Assembly: GCA_963748055.1 (NCBI GenBank)
Contig: CAVVII010000003.1
Coordinates: 68,278 to 132,277 of the forward strand
From: an uncultured Verrucomicrobiae bacterium
GTDB taxonomy: Bacteria > Verrucomicrobiota > Verrucomicrobiia > Chthoniobacterales > JAFAMB01
Direction: 5' to 3'
DNA length: 64,000 bases
The translations under genes and the position numbers were made by a program. A model generated the notes under the pieces. The model was not told the DNA's origin, ran no database searches, and saw only the letters and a list, made by a program, of their open reading frames with translations. Positions 39,361 to 49,275 of this stretch are shown in pieces. The stretch's first letter is position 1; every line of letters begins with the position of its first letter.

Positions 39361-40931
39361 ATGGCCCGAGCGGTTGCTTTCGAGCCTGGGCATTTCGATA
39401 AAACACGTCCCGAGGGGTCAAAAGTGTCTGATTATGCCGTAGAAATGGTCGGGATCTCGAAAAAGTTCGGCGGGATCTGTGCGTTGGACGACGTCTCGTT
39501 TTCGGTTAAGCGGGGTGAAGTGCATGCCCTGCTGGGTGAGAACGGGGCGGGCAAGTCGACGCTGATGAAAATCTTATCCGGCGCCTATCGCCGGGACGCC
39601 GGCGAGATTCGGGTGGCGGATCAAGTCGTCGAAATCGCCAACCCCCCAGGTTTCCCGCCAACTTGGCATCCGCATCATTTATCAGGAGCTGATGCTGGCC
39701 CCGGACCTCAACGTCGCCGACAACATCTTTCTCGGGGACTTGCCGGGGCTCCTTCCCTGGAAGCAGCTTCAGGAGCATTCACGGGCGATCTTGAAGGAGG
39801 TCGGGTTCGACCTCGATCCGAAGACGCGTTTGGGCGATCTCCCGCTGGCGTACCAACAAGCGGTGGAGATCGCGAAAGCGCTCTCCAAGGACGTAAAAAT
39901 TCTCATCCTCGACGAGCCCACGGCGGTCCTTGCACCGCCCCGAAGTGAAAAGCCTTCTTGGGCTGGTCAAAAGGCTCAGCAGACGCGGGGTGGGTGTCAT
40001 CTACATCTCCCACCGCCTTGAGGAAATCTTTCAGGTGGCCGATGCCATCACGGTCCTTAAGGACGGGCGTACCATCGGCACCGTTTCGCCCAAAGAAATC
40101 AGTTCTGAGCAACTCATCGGCATGATGGTGGGCCGCTACGTGACCGAACTCTTCCCGGAGGCAAGCGCAAGGTGGGAGAGGTAGTCTTACGGGTGGAAAA
40201 ACTGCGGCTGGGCAAAAAGGTTGAAGAGGTCTCCTTCGAGGCCCGCGCCGGGGAAATCCTGGGCATTGCGGGCTTGATCGGCAGTGGTCGCACCGAAATG
40301 GCGCGCGCGATCCTTGGGGCAGAGCGCAAAGACGGCGGCACCGTGACGCTCAACGGGAAGCGCCTGTCTATCCACGCGCCTCGAGACGCGGTGCGGGCCG
40401 GCATTGGCCTAGTGCCGAAAGATCGAAAAGCGCAGGGTGTCGTGATGTCGCTCCCCTTCCGCCAAAACGCGACGATGTCCATGCTTGGGCGTTTTCTCGC
40501 GCCGTTCGGGGTGATTAAGAAGAAAGCCGAAGGGCAGGCGGTGCAGGCGCTGACCAAACAGCTTGCGAATTAAGATGCGCAACATTGAAGCGCCGGTGAA
40601 CAGCCTGTCCGGGGGCAACCAACAAAAGGTGGTGCTTTCCAAATGGTTTAGCGCGGGTTGCCGCGTGATCATCTTCGATGAGCCCACCCGTGGGGTGGAC
40701 GTCGGCGCCAAAGCCGAAATCTACCTGTTGATTGACGAGCTCGCTGCAAACGGGATGGCGGTGGTGCTCATCTCCTCCGATTTGGTCCAGGTGATCGGGA
40801 TGAGTGATCGGATCCTTGTCATGAGTCGCGGCCGGATCGCGGGCGAGCTCCAAAAAAATGAATTCTCAGAAGCAAATATCATGCGCCTCGCCTTGCGAGG
40901 CCTTCAGCAAGACGGAAAGCTAACTCGTTGA
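39361..40931 (+). pseudogene. RbsA-type tandem-NBD ABC ATPase, four frameshifts
   Basis: Five ORFs in frames 1, 2, 0, 2, 0 (39361, 39692, 39930, 40172, 40563) join into one protein: ...[16 protein letters not shown]... | ...[21 protein letters not shown]...[14 protein letters not shown] | [28 protein letters not shown]... | ...GIAGLIGSGRTEMARAI... | ...LSGGNQQKVVLSKW...IIFDEPTRGVD.... Confidence 0.8.
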
Positions 40932-41979
40932 ACAAACCGGAACCACAGCCCGAAAGTGGCGGCATCGGCGATACGGAAACGCGCCCGGAATTTGATTTTG
41001 CGACGCTGACCGCATTTCTCGCCCGCTGCAACATCGCGATGATCTTTGTGTTGTTGGTGATCGGCGCCAGCTTTGTGTCGAGCGACTTTTTTACGGAGCG
41101 CAACATCACCAACGTGTTGCGTCAGAGCGCCGTGGTGGGCATATCGAGCATGGGAATGCTCCTGGTGATCCTGACCGCCGGCATCGACCTGTCCGTAGGC
41201 TCGGTCTCGGCCTGCGGCAGCGTGTTAGTGGCCAAGTTTCTTGGCACCGTACCTGTCGGCGGCGCGATTGCAGGGGCGGTCCTCACCGGTTGCCCCATGG
41301 GCGCGATTTCGGGCTACCTGGTCGCGGGCCGCCGGATACCGGCGTTCGTTGTTACCCTCGGCATGATGACGATCGCTCGGGGCACCGCCTTTATAGTTTC
41401 AAAGGGCCAGCCTCTCCTCGTCGGAGCCAATGGCGAGTTCCTGGATAATTTCGGCAAAGGCTTGACGTTCGGAATCGCCGATCCGGTCATCCTGATGCTG
41501 GTGATCTTTGCGATCACCTGGTTTCTGTTGCGCTACACCGCCTTTGGCCGGTTGGTCATCGCAATCGGCAGCAATCAGGAAGCCGTGCGTCTCTCGGGCA
41601 TCAGCATCGGCTGGTACATTTTTGCGACGTACGTCATCTCCGGCGGCCTCAGTGCGCTTGCCGGCGTGGTGAACACGGCGCGCTCCGGCGTCGGTTCGCC
41701 GGTGTTGGGATTGGGATGGAACTGGACGTCATAGCCGCGGTCGTGATCGGCGGGGCAAGCCTCATGGGCGGCCGCGGCACCGCGTTTAACGCTTTGCTGG
41801 GGGTGCTGATATTGGCCGTCATTGGCAACATCATGAACCTCAAGAATGTGCCGGGATACCACCAGGAGGTCGTCAAAGGCGTCATCATCCTGATTGCCGT
41901 TCTGTTCCAATCCGGGATTTGGACCCGGCGTGCATGCTCAGTGAGGAGCCCGGACGCAGGCAGGATTCAAACGAAATAG
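40928..41979 (+). pseudogene. RbsC-type ABC permease, one frameshift
   Basis: The sequence is good to ...ARSGVGSPVLGLGW, then ELDVIAAVVIGGASLMGGRGTAFNALLGVLILAVIGNIMNL... in the frame of ORF 41716-41979. Confidence 0.75.
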
Positions 41980-42029
41980 CAATCCGGTCGGACCGGAAGA
42001 ATTCAATCTTTTAGATTCGGCCGCGAAAT

Positions 42030-42989
42030 TCAAAGACTTTTCTTCACCTGAGTCGTGTCGGCAAATTTCATAACTTGTTCGAAACTCTCTATTCCGGCGT
42101 CCGAACCAAGGCCTTGGATAACCAGGCCGCCGCACGCCGAACCCAACCGGGCGCACCGCTCCAGGTCCAATTTGAGTGAGAGTCCTTTGATAAAGCCGGC
42201 ATTGAATCCGTCGCCGCATCCAGTCGAGTCAACGACAGGGACCTGATATGCCGGCACCGTAAAATTCTTCAAAGCGCCATTCTCAAGCCAACCGACTGCA
42301 CAGCCTTTTTCGCCAAGCCGCACGACCACATGCTGCGCCCCTTGGTCGAGAAAACAACGCATCATCTCGTCGATAGAGGTGAGCCCGCAAATCATCTCGG
42401 CTTCCTCATAGTTGGGCATGAAGAAGTCAATGTGCGGAAGACACACCTTGATGAGTTCAGAAAGATTGGGTCGCGGAATCCCGAGCAGATCGAATGTCGT
42501 CATAACCCCTCGCTCCTGCGCAAATTTCAGCACCTGACTAGCCGGTTCGCCATCAAATTTCTGCATGAGCGGTGTACCCCCCATATGAAGAAAGTCCGCG
42601 CCGGCGATCGCATCAAAGTTGATGTCGTCGATGGTGAGCTCGCCGTTAGCGCCGATGACGTGCAACGCCGGGCGTTCCCCGTTCGGGCGGATTGGCAACA
42701 TGCTACAGGAAGTCTGCGCGTTCTGCTTACGCACGAGGTTCGAAGTGTCGACTCCGAATTTTAGCATCGTGGCGAGAAGGAAGTCTCCAATTTCGTCCTG
42801 ACCGATCGCTCCCATGGCAAATACCTTGAGACCGAGTTTTGCCATATCGATCGATGTGCCAGCGGCGGTTCCTGCGACCGTGAACCGTACCTGTTTCAAG
42901 ATCGCGAGCCCCTGGCCCGGTGGAACTTCGCTCACCGGGTATCCATGGACATCGACAATGTGGATTCCGAGGGAAGCAACTTTAGTCAT
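42030..42989 (-). CDS. PfkB-family carbohydrate kinase (ribokinase-like), 319 aa
   Basis: ...GTAAGTSIDMAKLG...VVDSTGCGDGFNAGFI... (C-terminal DTxGxGD-type motif). It is the last gene of the intact minus-strand operon. Confidence 0.85.
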   Translation of the reverse strand: MTKVASLGIHIVDVHGYPVSEVPPGQGLAILKQVRFTVAGTAAGTSIDMAKLGLKVFAMGAIGQDEIGDFLLATMLKFGVDTSNLVRKQNAQTSCSMLPIRPNGERPALHVIGANGELTIDDINFDAIAGADFLHMGGTPLMQKFDGEPASQVLKFAQERGVMTTFDLLGIPRPNLSELIKVCLPHIDFFMPNYEEAEMICGLTSIDEMMRCFLDQGAQHVVVRLGEKGCAVGWLENGALKNFTVPAYQVPVVDSTGCGDGFNAGFIKGLSLKLDLERCARLGSACGGLVIQGLGSDAGIESFEQVMKFADTTQVKKSL

Positions 42990-43097
42990 AAGTGGATTCA
43001 GCTGGCGGCAGCGAGCAGTCGCCTGGTGATAGTCAAACTCACGATCAATTCATTTCTGTTTATGATAAAAACCTGGATCTTTCTCAATTCCGCACTC

Positions 43098-44201
43098 TTA
43101 GCTTCTTTTCAGCGCCCCGCCCAGCGCGTTTTCGCTGTCATCAAAAAGGGCCACCGCTTCGGGTGGGCAGCCAAACCACACCTGTTCTTGCAACAGGCTT
43201 CCGAGCCGGTTTGGCACCTTCGCCCAGACCACATGGTCCTGAAGTTGAATCGCGACAAGATACTGGCCGGCTACCCCACGAAACTTGCGAAGAATCCGCC
43301 CTTCCACAGCGTCCGGTCGCGGCTCGGTAAAGACACGAACATATTCGGGCCTCACACCGAGGACCACCGCCCTCGGGCTACTTTTCGAAACGAGTTCGGG
43401 GTGATCGATAGATACGGCGAACGGGAACAAGTCGGATCGAAGCCGCGGACCGTTCTTCGGATCAAACGAATGCTCCAGAAAGCTCATTCCCGGGTTTCCG
43501 AGAAACCAGCCGCCGAAGCGCCGCGAAGGGTGGTTGTAGATTTGCCGAGGTGAGTCTTGCTGCAGGACTTCACCATCCTTAAGCAAAACAATCTGATCCG
43601 CCAGAGTCATCGCTTCGTTTTGGTCGTGGGTAACATAGACGATCGTCTGATTGAGCCGCTCGGTGAGCCGCTTCAAATCTTGTTTGAGGCGGAACTTAGA
43701 GTCGGGGTCAACGTTGGTAATCGGCTCGTCAAATAGGATTATGGAGGACTGACGTGCCACCGCCCGCGCAAACGACAACCGCTGGCGAGTGCCATTATCG
43801 AACCTATCTGGGTCGCTATGAAGACTTCCTTCGAGTCCGAGAAGCGCGATTGCATCCTTTACGCGTTTCTGACGTTTGTCGGCAGACAGTTTGAGCTCCC
43901 GCAATGGCAACTCAACGTTCTCGAAGACGCCTAATCCTTTGTAAATGACAGGGTATTGAAAGACCATTGCGATGTCCCGCCTCCTGGCCGGAAGGTGCGT
44001 CACATTTTGATCGCCAATCCAAACCTCCCCGGAAGTCGGTCGCTCCAAGCCGGCGATAATCCGCAGGATGGTCGTTTTTCCGCAGCCGGAAGGGCCGAGC
44101 AAACAGGTGGTCGTATTCGGTTCGAACTGGAGATTAACGTCTTTGACTGCCTGAAACTCGCCGAAGAATTTGCTGACGTTTTGGAGGCGGACGTGCGACA
44201 T
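43098..44201 (-). CDS. ABC ATP-binding protein B (MalK type) with canonical Walker A/B and H-loop but a degenerate signature motif
   Basis: The start is MSHVRLQNVSKFF at 44201; the ORF-track start at 44405 is an upstream extension that overlaps the previous gene. Motifs: GPSGCGKTT, IILFDEPITNVD and VTHD. The C-loop position reads FDNGTRQRLSFARA instead of LSGGQ. Confidence 0.85.
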   Translation of the reverse strand: MSHVRLQNVSKFFGEFQAVKDVNLQFEPNTTTCLLGPSGCGKTTILRIIAGLERPTSGEVWIGDQNVTHLPARRRDIAMVFQYPVIYKGLGVFENVELPLRELKLSADKRQKRVKDAIALLGLEGSLHSDPDRFDNGTRQRLSFARAVARQSSIILFDEPITNVDPDSKFRLKQDLKRLTERLNQTIVYVTHDQNEAMTLADQIVLLKDGEVLQQDSPRQIYNHPSRRFGGWFLGNPGMSFLEHSFDPKNGPRLRSDLFPFAVSIDHPELVSKSSPRAVVLGVRPEYVRVFTEPRPDAVEGRILRKFRGVAGQYLVAIQLQDHVVWAKVPNRLGSLLQEQVWFGCPPEAVALFDDSENALGGALKRS

Positions 44202-44211
44202 AAGTTCTGAA

Positions 44212-45339
44212 TTAGCTGACCGAGCTTCCCTCCGAGACTCTTTTTGTTCTGGTCGATTTTGCTCCCCGCCCGATGCGGCGTCCCGATTGACGATCGAAAA
44301 CCAACAAATCGGAATGCTCGATTCCGACTTTGAAACGATCCGAAGAGATCGGGGGCGTAGAGCCGTTCGACCAAAAACCAATGAAACGGCACGAAGCGGC
44401 TTCAAAGTAAAGCAATGTCTCTGCCCCGAGATCTTCTCTTAGAAGAGCACGTGCCTCGGTTACCAGCGCCGAGGAGGAAATCGCCGAACCAAATTCTACT
44501 GCCTCAGGTCGGAAGCCAACTTGGACTTCTTTCGAGTCGCTGAACGAATCCTGCAATTCGACTTCAAAGTCGCCCAGCGGAGTTCGGCACATCGTAGCCT
44601 GCATTGCCCCGGGCATAATGTTCGCCGCCGGGTAGCCGAGTAGTTGCAGCGAACGCAATGTCATCGGTGAGTCGTAAACTCGGTCCAAGATTCCACTCTC
44701 GATAACCCGGTGATCATCCAGCACATAAACAACGTCGGCAAGAGCCTGCGCCTCCAGCGGATCCGAAGTCGTGTAAATGAAGGTCCCTTCGACCTCGCCC
44801 AGCATGTCCCGCAGATCGACGAACAGTTGTTCCCGCAGCTTGAAGTCAAGGCCGGCCAGCGGGTCGTCGAGAATGAAGACGGACGAGTCTTTAATCACCC
44901 CTCGGGCCAGCGCGACGCGTTGTTTTTCACCGCCGCTGAGTTGATTAGGGTACTTGTCGAGGAGTCGATCAATCCTTAGTTTCCTCGCGAGGAGCTCGAC
45001 TCGGTCACGAACTCCGGCCTTTGTTTCTTTGGCTAATAGCAAAGGGTAGGCGATGTTGTCGAAGACACAATAGTGAGGATAAAGGGCAAACGATTGGGGC
45101 ACATATCCGAAATTGCGAGCCCCAGCGGTTTCGCGAGTTACATTCTTGCCCGTCAACCAGACCTCGCCAGAATCAGGCGCCTCAAGCCCCATGATCAGTC
45201 GCATCAAGACAGACTTACCGGAAGCAGCCGGGCCGAGAACAACTGAGAACCGGCCTTGCTCGAATTGTAAGCAAACATTCTCGAGGACGAGCTTGTGCCC
45301 GTATTTCTTGCTGACATTTCGAAGCTCAACCTCTGTCAC
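44212..45339 (-). CDS. ABC ATP-binding protein A (MalK type) with canonical signature but non-canonical Walker B and H-loop
   Basis: Walker A is GPAASGKS and the signature LSGGEKQRVALARG is intact. Walker B is FILDDPLAGLD (Asp where the catalytic Glu is expected). The H-loop position reads YTTSD instead of VTHD. Confidence 0.85.
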   Translation of the reverse strand: MTEVELRNVSKKYGHKLVLENVCLQFEQGRFSVVLGPAASGKSVLMRLIMGLEAPDSGEVWLTGKNVTRETAGARNFGYVPQSFALYPHYCVFDNIAYPLLLAKETKAGVRDRVELLARKLRIDRLLDKYPNQLSGGEKQRVALARGVIKDSSVFILDDPLAGLDFKLREQLFVDLRDMLGEVEGTFIYTTSDPLEAQALADVVYVLDDHRVIESGILDRVYDSPMTLRSLQLLGYPAANIMPGAMQATMCRTPLGDFEVELQDSFSDSKEVQVGFRPEAVEFGSAISSSALVTEARALLREDLGAETLLYFEAASCRFIGFWSNGSTPPISSDRFKVGIEHSDLLVFDRQSGRRIGRGAKSTRTKRVSEGSSVS

Positions 45340-45357
45340 AAAGATCTCCCTTTGAGG

Positions 45358-45657
45358 CTACGATGCGCTCCGTTGACCAAGTTGGGCTAGGTAGGGGACC
45401 AATAAAACTCCGATAGCAAAAACTGCGGCCACAATCGCCAGGCCAATCCCGAGGCGGACCAAGGTCCCTCCCAGACGCGTCTGAGGAGGGATATTCCCCA
45501 CAACAACCTGCAACAGCGCCGATCCACACAGAATTATGAGTCCGTACCGGTAAACCTCGAACGATTGATTCTGGGCGATCATCAAGAAACCGGCCAAAAT
45601 CCCCACGAGCACAAGAATTTGGAGTTGGCTGGCAAATGGCAGCCGAAAAAAGCTCAT
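45358..45657 (-). CDS. Small hydrophobic protein, 99 aa, between permease and ATPase genes
   Basis: There are three predicted hydrophobic stretches (QLQILVLVGILAGFLMI, GLIILCGSALLQVVVG, LGIGLAIVAAVFAIGVLLV). It is tightly packed in the operon. No family recognised. Confidence 0.4.
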   Translation of the reverse strand: MSFFRLPFASQLQILVLVGILAGFLMIAQNQSFEVYRYGLIILCGSALLQVVVGNIPPQTRLGGTLVRLGIGLAIVAAVFAIGVLLVPYLAQLGQRSAS

Positions 45658-45665
45658 AATGTCAG

Positions 45666-46496
45666 TTAAACTTCCCCCCTCACGGTTCCGAACGTCATGC
45701 CGACGAGCAAATATTTTTGAAAGAAAAAGAGCGCAATGACCGGCGGCAAAAGATACACCGTCCCAAGTGATGCCACAAAGGTCCAGTCTACCCCACCTTC
45801 TTGGTAGGAATTGGTCACGAGCAACGTGGGGATCATTGTCGTGGTGCGCCCACCCAGAATGAAATTAAAGAGGAATTCATTCCAAACGAAGATGAGATTG
45901 AATACAAACGCCGCAATTAGGCCTGGTTTAACCTGGGGCAGGATCACTTTGAATATGATGTGGAAACGGGAAGCGTTATTCGCTAAGCCGGTCTCGTCGA
46001 ACCGGAGCGAGACGCCATCCATAAATCCTTTCAGAATCCAGAGCGAAAACGGGATGCTGAACATCGAGTAAAAAAGTGTCATTCCCCAGAAGGAGTCCTT
46101 CCAGCCGAGCGCTGCATACATAAGATAAACCGGCACAACTACAGCAGCCGCCGGCACCATCCGAATCGACAAAATCAAAAACAGAATAAAGTCGGTTCCG
46201 TACGGCTTGAAGCGTGAAAGTGAGTACGCAGCAAGAAAGGAAACGACGATCGCAAGCAAAACTGAGACCACCGAAATCACAATACTATTAGTGAAAGTCG
46301 GCCAGAAGTGTTCCCTCCCAAAAAGGTCAATGAAGTTGCTCAGGGTAGGGCGGAAGAACCATTTTGGGGGAGTCGCCAACAGATCACTCTTCGTCTTGAA
46401 CGCTGAGACAATGATCCACAAAACTGGTAAGAAGTAGACGAGGGCAACGATCCACAAAAGGGCATGGTAGATCGTGGTTTTCCAGTTATTCTTCAT
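45666..46496 (-). CDS. CUT1-type ABC permease (MalG/UgpE-like), 276 aa
   Basis: Six hydrophobic segments and an EAA-like loop (...GVSLRFDETGLANNASRFHIIFKVILPQVKPGL...). It overlaps the upstream permease stop. Confidence 0.9.
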   Translation of the reverse strand: MKNNWKTTIYHALLWIVALVYFLPVLWIIVSAFKTKSDLLATPPKWFFRPTLSNFIDLFGREHFWPTFTNSIVISVVSVLLAIVVSFLAAYSLSRFKPYGTDFILFLILSIRMVPAAAVVVPVYLMYAALGWKDSFWGMTLFYSMFSIPFSLWILKGFMDGVSLRFDETGLANNASRFHIIFKVILPQVKPGLIAAFVFNLIFVWNEFLFNFILGGRTTTMIPTLLVTNSYQEGGVDWTFVASLGTVYLLPPVIALFFFQKYLLVGMTFGTVRGEV

Positions 46497-47388
46497 GAGG
46501 CGGGTATCGTCGTTTGTGCAGATTCAGGAGAAAGAGAAAGATCGCGGTGAAAGCAATTGCGGTCAGGAGAGTTATTACCGCCACGCCCGAAGTCCAACCA
46601 ACGCTGAAAGCTTCGAATGCTTTCCGGAACATCATCACGCCGATGACTTCAGTTGTTCCGCCGGGTCCGCCGCGAGTTAATTGATAGACCAGATCCGTTA
46701 CTTTAAACGCATCGATCGTGCGGAGAATGATTCCTAGCATAATAATGAATCGCGCGTGAGGAAGAATCACGTAACGGAATCGGCGCCAAAGGCTGAGCCG
46801 ATCGACTTCCGCGGCTTCAAGCTCTGCGGTCGGAACCGAGCCAAGAGCAGCCAGGGTTATCAGCACCATGAAGGGGGTCCACATCCACACATCAACCGCC
46901 ATGAGCGCCGCGAACGCCCAGCCCTCGGTACCGAGGTAATCAATGTTCCTACCCGTAAGAAGATGAGTGAGGTACCCGACAATACCAAAAGTCGCGTCGT
47001 AATTGAGGCGAAAGAAGGTACCGATCGCCGCGGGTGTTAGAATCATCGGAGAAAAGAGCAGACTGAGCGCGATTCTGCGTCCCGGCATATTCGTACTTCG
47101 CCAGAACAGAGCACCGATCAACCCACCTAGAAGGGTAGTAAGCCCGACGCTGAAAAAAACGAATGTGAAGGTCCGACTAAGAGCGAGCCAAAGATCGTTA
47201 TCATCGAGATAGTTGAGGTAGTTTCGAAACTCAATAAAACGCGGAGGTCGACCTAACGTCAGCGAATAGTTGTAGAAGCTCATCCCGACCATCCATAATA
47301 AGGGGACCAGATTCCAGACCGCAAAAAAGATGAGCGTAGGGCTAAGCAGTAGCCAGGGGTATAACTTGGAGTTTTCGATTCGACGCAT
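46486..47388 (-). CDS. CUT1-type ABC permease (MalF/UgpA-like), 300 aa
   Basis: ...LAALGSVPTAELEAAEVDRLSLWRRFRYVILPHARFIIM... (EAA loop); intact. Confidence 0.9.
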   Translation of the reverse strand: MRRIENSKLYPWLLLSPTLIFFAVWNLVPLLWMVGMSFYNYSLTLGRPPRFIEFRNYLNYLDDNDLWLALSRTFTFVFFSVGLTTLLGGLIGALFWRSTNMPGRRIALSLLFSPMILTPAAIGTFFRLNYDATFGIVGYLTHLLTGRNIDYLGTEGWAFAALMAVDVWMWTPFMVLITLAALGSVPTAELEAAEVDRLSLWRRFRYVILPHARFIIMLGIILRTIDAFKVTDLVYQLTRGGPGGTTEVIGVMMFRKAFEAFSVGWTSGVAVITLLTAIAFTAIFLFLLNLHKRRYPPHEE

Positions 47389-47573
47389 TCCCTCAAGGAT
47401 CGGTAATCGCTAATCAGCAATCGGTAGGCAGGAAGCAGTAACTCGCAGCCGACAATCAATGTAAATCAGATGAGCGACCTTCGATGTTATAATCCGGTTC
47501 GAAATGTTGGCTATCGCACTAACCGTGATTACTGATCACTTGCCATTGACTGTTAACTACTAGCTCAGGTCGG

Positions 47574-47603
47574 GTGGGAACAGCCTCGGACTTCTGTTCC
47601 CAC
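47574..47603 (-). promoter_or_regulatory. Intercistronic stem-loop between the binding-protein and permease genes
   Basis: GTGGGAACAG-cctcggactt-CTGTTCCCAC forms a perfect 10-bp stem, 23 nt after the SBP stop, with no U-tract. This is typical of SBP-distal mRNA-stabilising or attenuating hairpins in ABC operons. Confidence 0.4.
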
Positions 47604-47625
47604 TCTCAGTAGCAGGCGACGTGTC

Positions 47626-49056
47626 TTACTTCAGCTGGAGCTTCAGATATTCCTCTGTCGGTTTCTTTTGGGTGTCACCCAAATCGTATAAGACCTGTTG
47701 CTGACGGGCAGCAGCCCAATTCAACGCTTTCATCGGGTCATTCATCGCTCCAGTTACGTACGAAGTGAAAGCCTCCTGTTGGATCGAGAGCAGCTCGGAG
47801 TACTTCGGCGAATGATAGAAATCCCGATTATAAGGAATCATATATTTCATCGCACGGTTCCACGGATTGATCGGGTCGAATTGCGGATTTTCCAGAGTCG
47901 CTTTGTCTGCCGGGTTGCCGCCCCTCTTTGCAAATTCCAACGTGGTCGCGGGGCTATACCACCACTCCAGAAAATCGATGATCACTTGCTTTTGTTCCGG
48001 GGTCGCAAAGTTATTGATCACCCAGGGTTGTCCGCCGATGCAGTAAAGACGCTTAATCGAACCATCAGCTTGCCTGATGCCAGGAGCCGGAACGACCATC
48101 ACCTTGTCCCGATTTTGGTCCGTAATCATCGCCAGACCGACGGCTGCCCACATCATCGAAGTCGCCGTCTTTCCTTGAGTGAAGGCGTCAATATTGTCCG
48201 AGATTCCGTAGTTCAAGGCACCCGGCGGCTCCCACTGGACGAATTTCTTCTGATACTCCATCGCCTTGGCGTTCGTCTCCGTGTTCAGATAGCCTTCGAC
48301 ATCGTGCGTCTTTGGATCCGAAAATTCGCCGCCCATGGACCACATGAACGGATAGACGTACATGCTTTGAAAATCGTATTCCCTCGAATGCTGAAAAACG
48401 GTGCCATAGAGATTCTTGTCCGGTCTAGTGAAGAACTCGCAAATGTGTTCGAAATCGTCGTTGAACGCGATGTTTTCCCAATCCTCAAAGGTTTGGGGGA
48501 GATCCTTTCCGTACTTCGCTTTGAAGGCCTCGCGTTCCTTTGGATCCTGGAACAGGTCCTTTCGAGCGAATATCACGAGTACATCTGTCTCCTCGGGAAA
48601 ACCGACTTTGTGACCCGAGTTATCCGGATACTCCTGGTACGACGTTCTGAGCACCGGGTTGTACCACTCAATGTTCAGTTCCGGATTTTGCTTAACGACG
48701 TCATCCAGCTTCACGATCCAGCCTGGTTCGGTGAACGCACCGAGCCACTGACTATCGCTGACCATCAAGCTATATTCGTTTGACTTGGTGGCTAACGAAG
48801 AGGCAGCCTTTTGAAAGAGCGTCGAAAAGGGCGCGTCCGCATAACTGAAAGAGACATCGTATCCGTATTTCTCTTTTGCGTATTTGGCGAATTCTGGTGA
48901 CATTTCATACGGCAGCTTGCTCGGTAGCCAGCCGGCGATCCCAATGATCGCAATTTTGATCTGTTTTCCCTTCAGATCCAAACGATTAGCCTGGGCCCAC
49001 GAAATGGTGGGCATCAGCATGCATAGCAGGCAGAGAGAAGGTAATACGCGCTTCAT
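47626..49056 (-). CDS. Extracellular solute-binding protein (family 1), 476 aa
   Basis: Signal peptide MKRVLPSLCLLCMLMPTISWA. It is the first gene of an uninterrupted SBP / 2 permeases / small ORF / 2 ATPases / kinase operon. Confidence 0.9.
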   Translation of the reverse strand: MKRVLPSLCLLCMLMPTISWAQANRLDLKGKQIKIAIIGIAGWLPSKLPYEMSPEFAKYAKEKYGYDVSFSYADAPFSTLFQKAASSLATKSNEYSLMVSDSQWLGAFTEPGWIVKLDDVVKQNPELNIEWYNPVLRTSYQEYPDNSGHKVGFPEETDVLVIFARKDLFQDPKEREAFKAKYGKDLPQTFEDWENIAFNDDFEHICEFFTRPDKNLYGTVFQHSREYDFQSMYVYPFMWSMGGEFSDPKTHDVEGYLNTETNAKAMEYQKKFVQWEPPGALNYGISDNIDAFTQGKTATSMMWAAVGLAMITDQNRDKVMVVPAPGIRQADGSIKRLYCIGGQPWVINNFATPEQKQVIIDFLEWWYSPATTLEFAKRGGNPADKATLENPQFDPINPWNRAMKYMIPYNRDFYHSPKYSELLSIQQEAFTSYVTGAMNDPMKALNWAAARQQQVLYDLGDTQKKPTEEYLKLQLK

Positions 49057-49275
49057 ATGTTCTGGGGTTTAGAGTTCGAGGTCTGGAATTCCGCGCCAAA
49101 ACCGGGTTTCACTACACGTCTTAGCCAAAACGGTCAAAGCGCGTCGCCTTTAGTCGTTTCAGCCCTAAAAACCCGCAACGGCGATTGGATTCCAGTCCAA
49201 TGACTGGTACACTACTGCATACTGTTTTGTCAGTCAAAAAACTGCAGCGGGCGCATCTCCGATTTGTTAAAATTT

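Noticed and set aside
47540-47563. TTGCCATTGACTGTTAACTACTAG resembles the IS630 terminus at 3111-3134 (shared ...TAACTACTAG), suggesting a solo IS630 end or a MITE.
   Set aside because: Only about 10-12 terminal nucleotides match convincingly, and I found no partner inverted repeat within a few hundred bp. It could be a chance match or a very old scar, so it is not reported as a feature.
47698-48783. Long ORFs antisense to well-supported genes. Examples are the 361-aa ORF here and 447-1019, 8227-8736, 11198-11806, 11852-12493, 17027-17560, 18589-19110, 42945-43553 and 38204-38665.
   Set aside because: They are shadow ORFs opposite clearly homologous genes in GC-rich DNA. Their translations are Arg/His/Pro-rich with no recognisable family.
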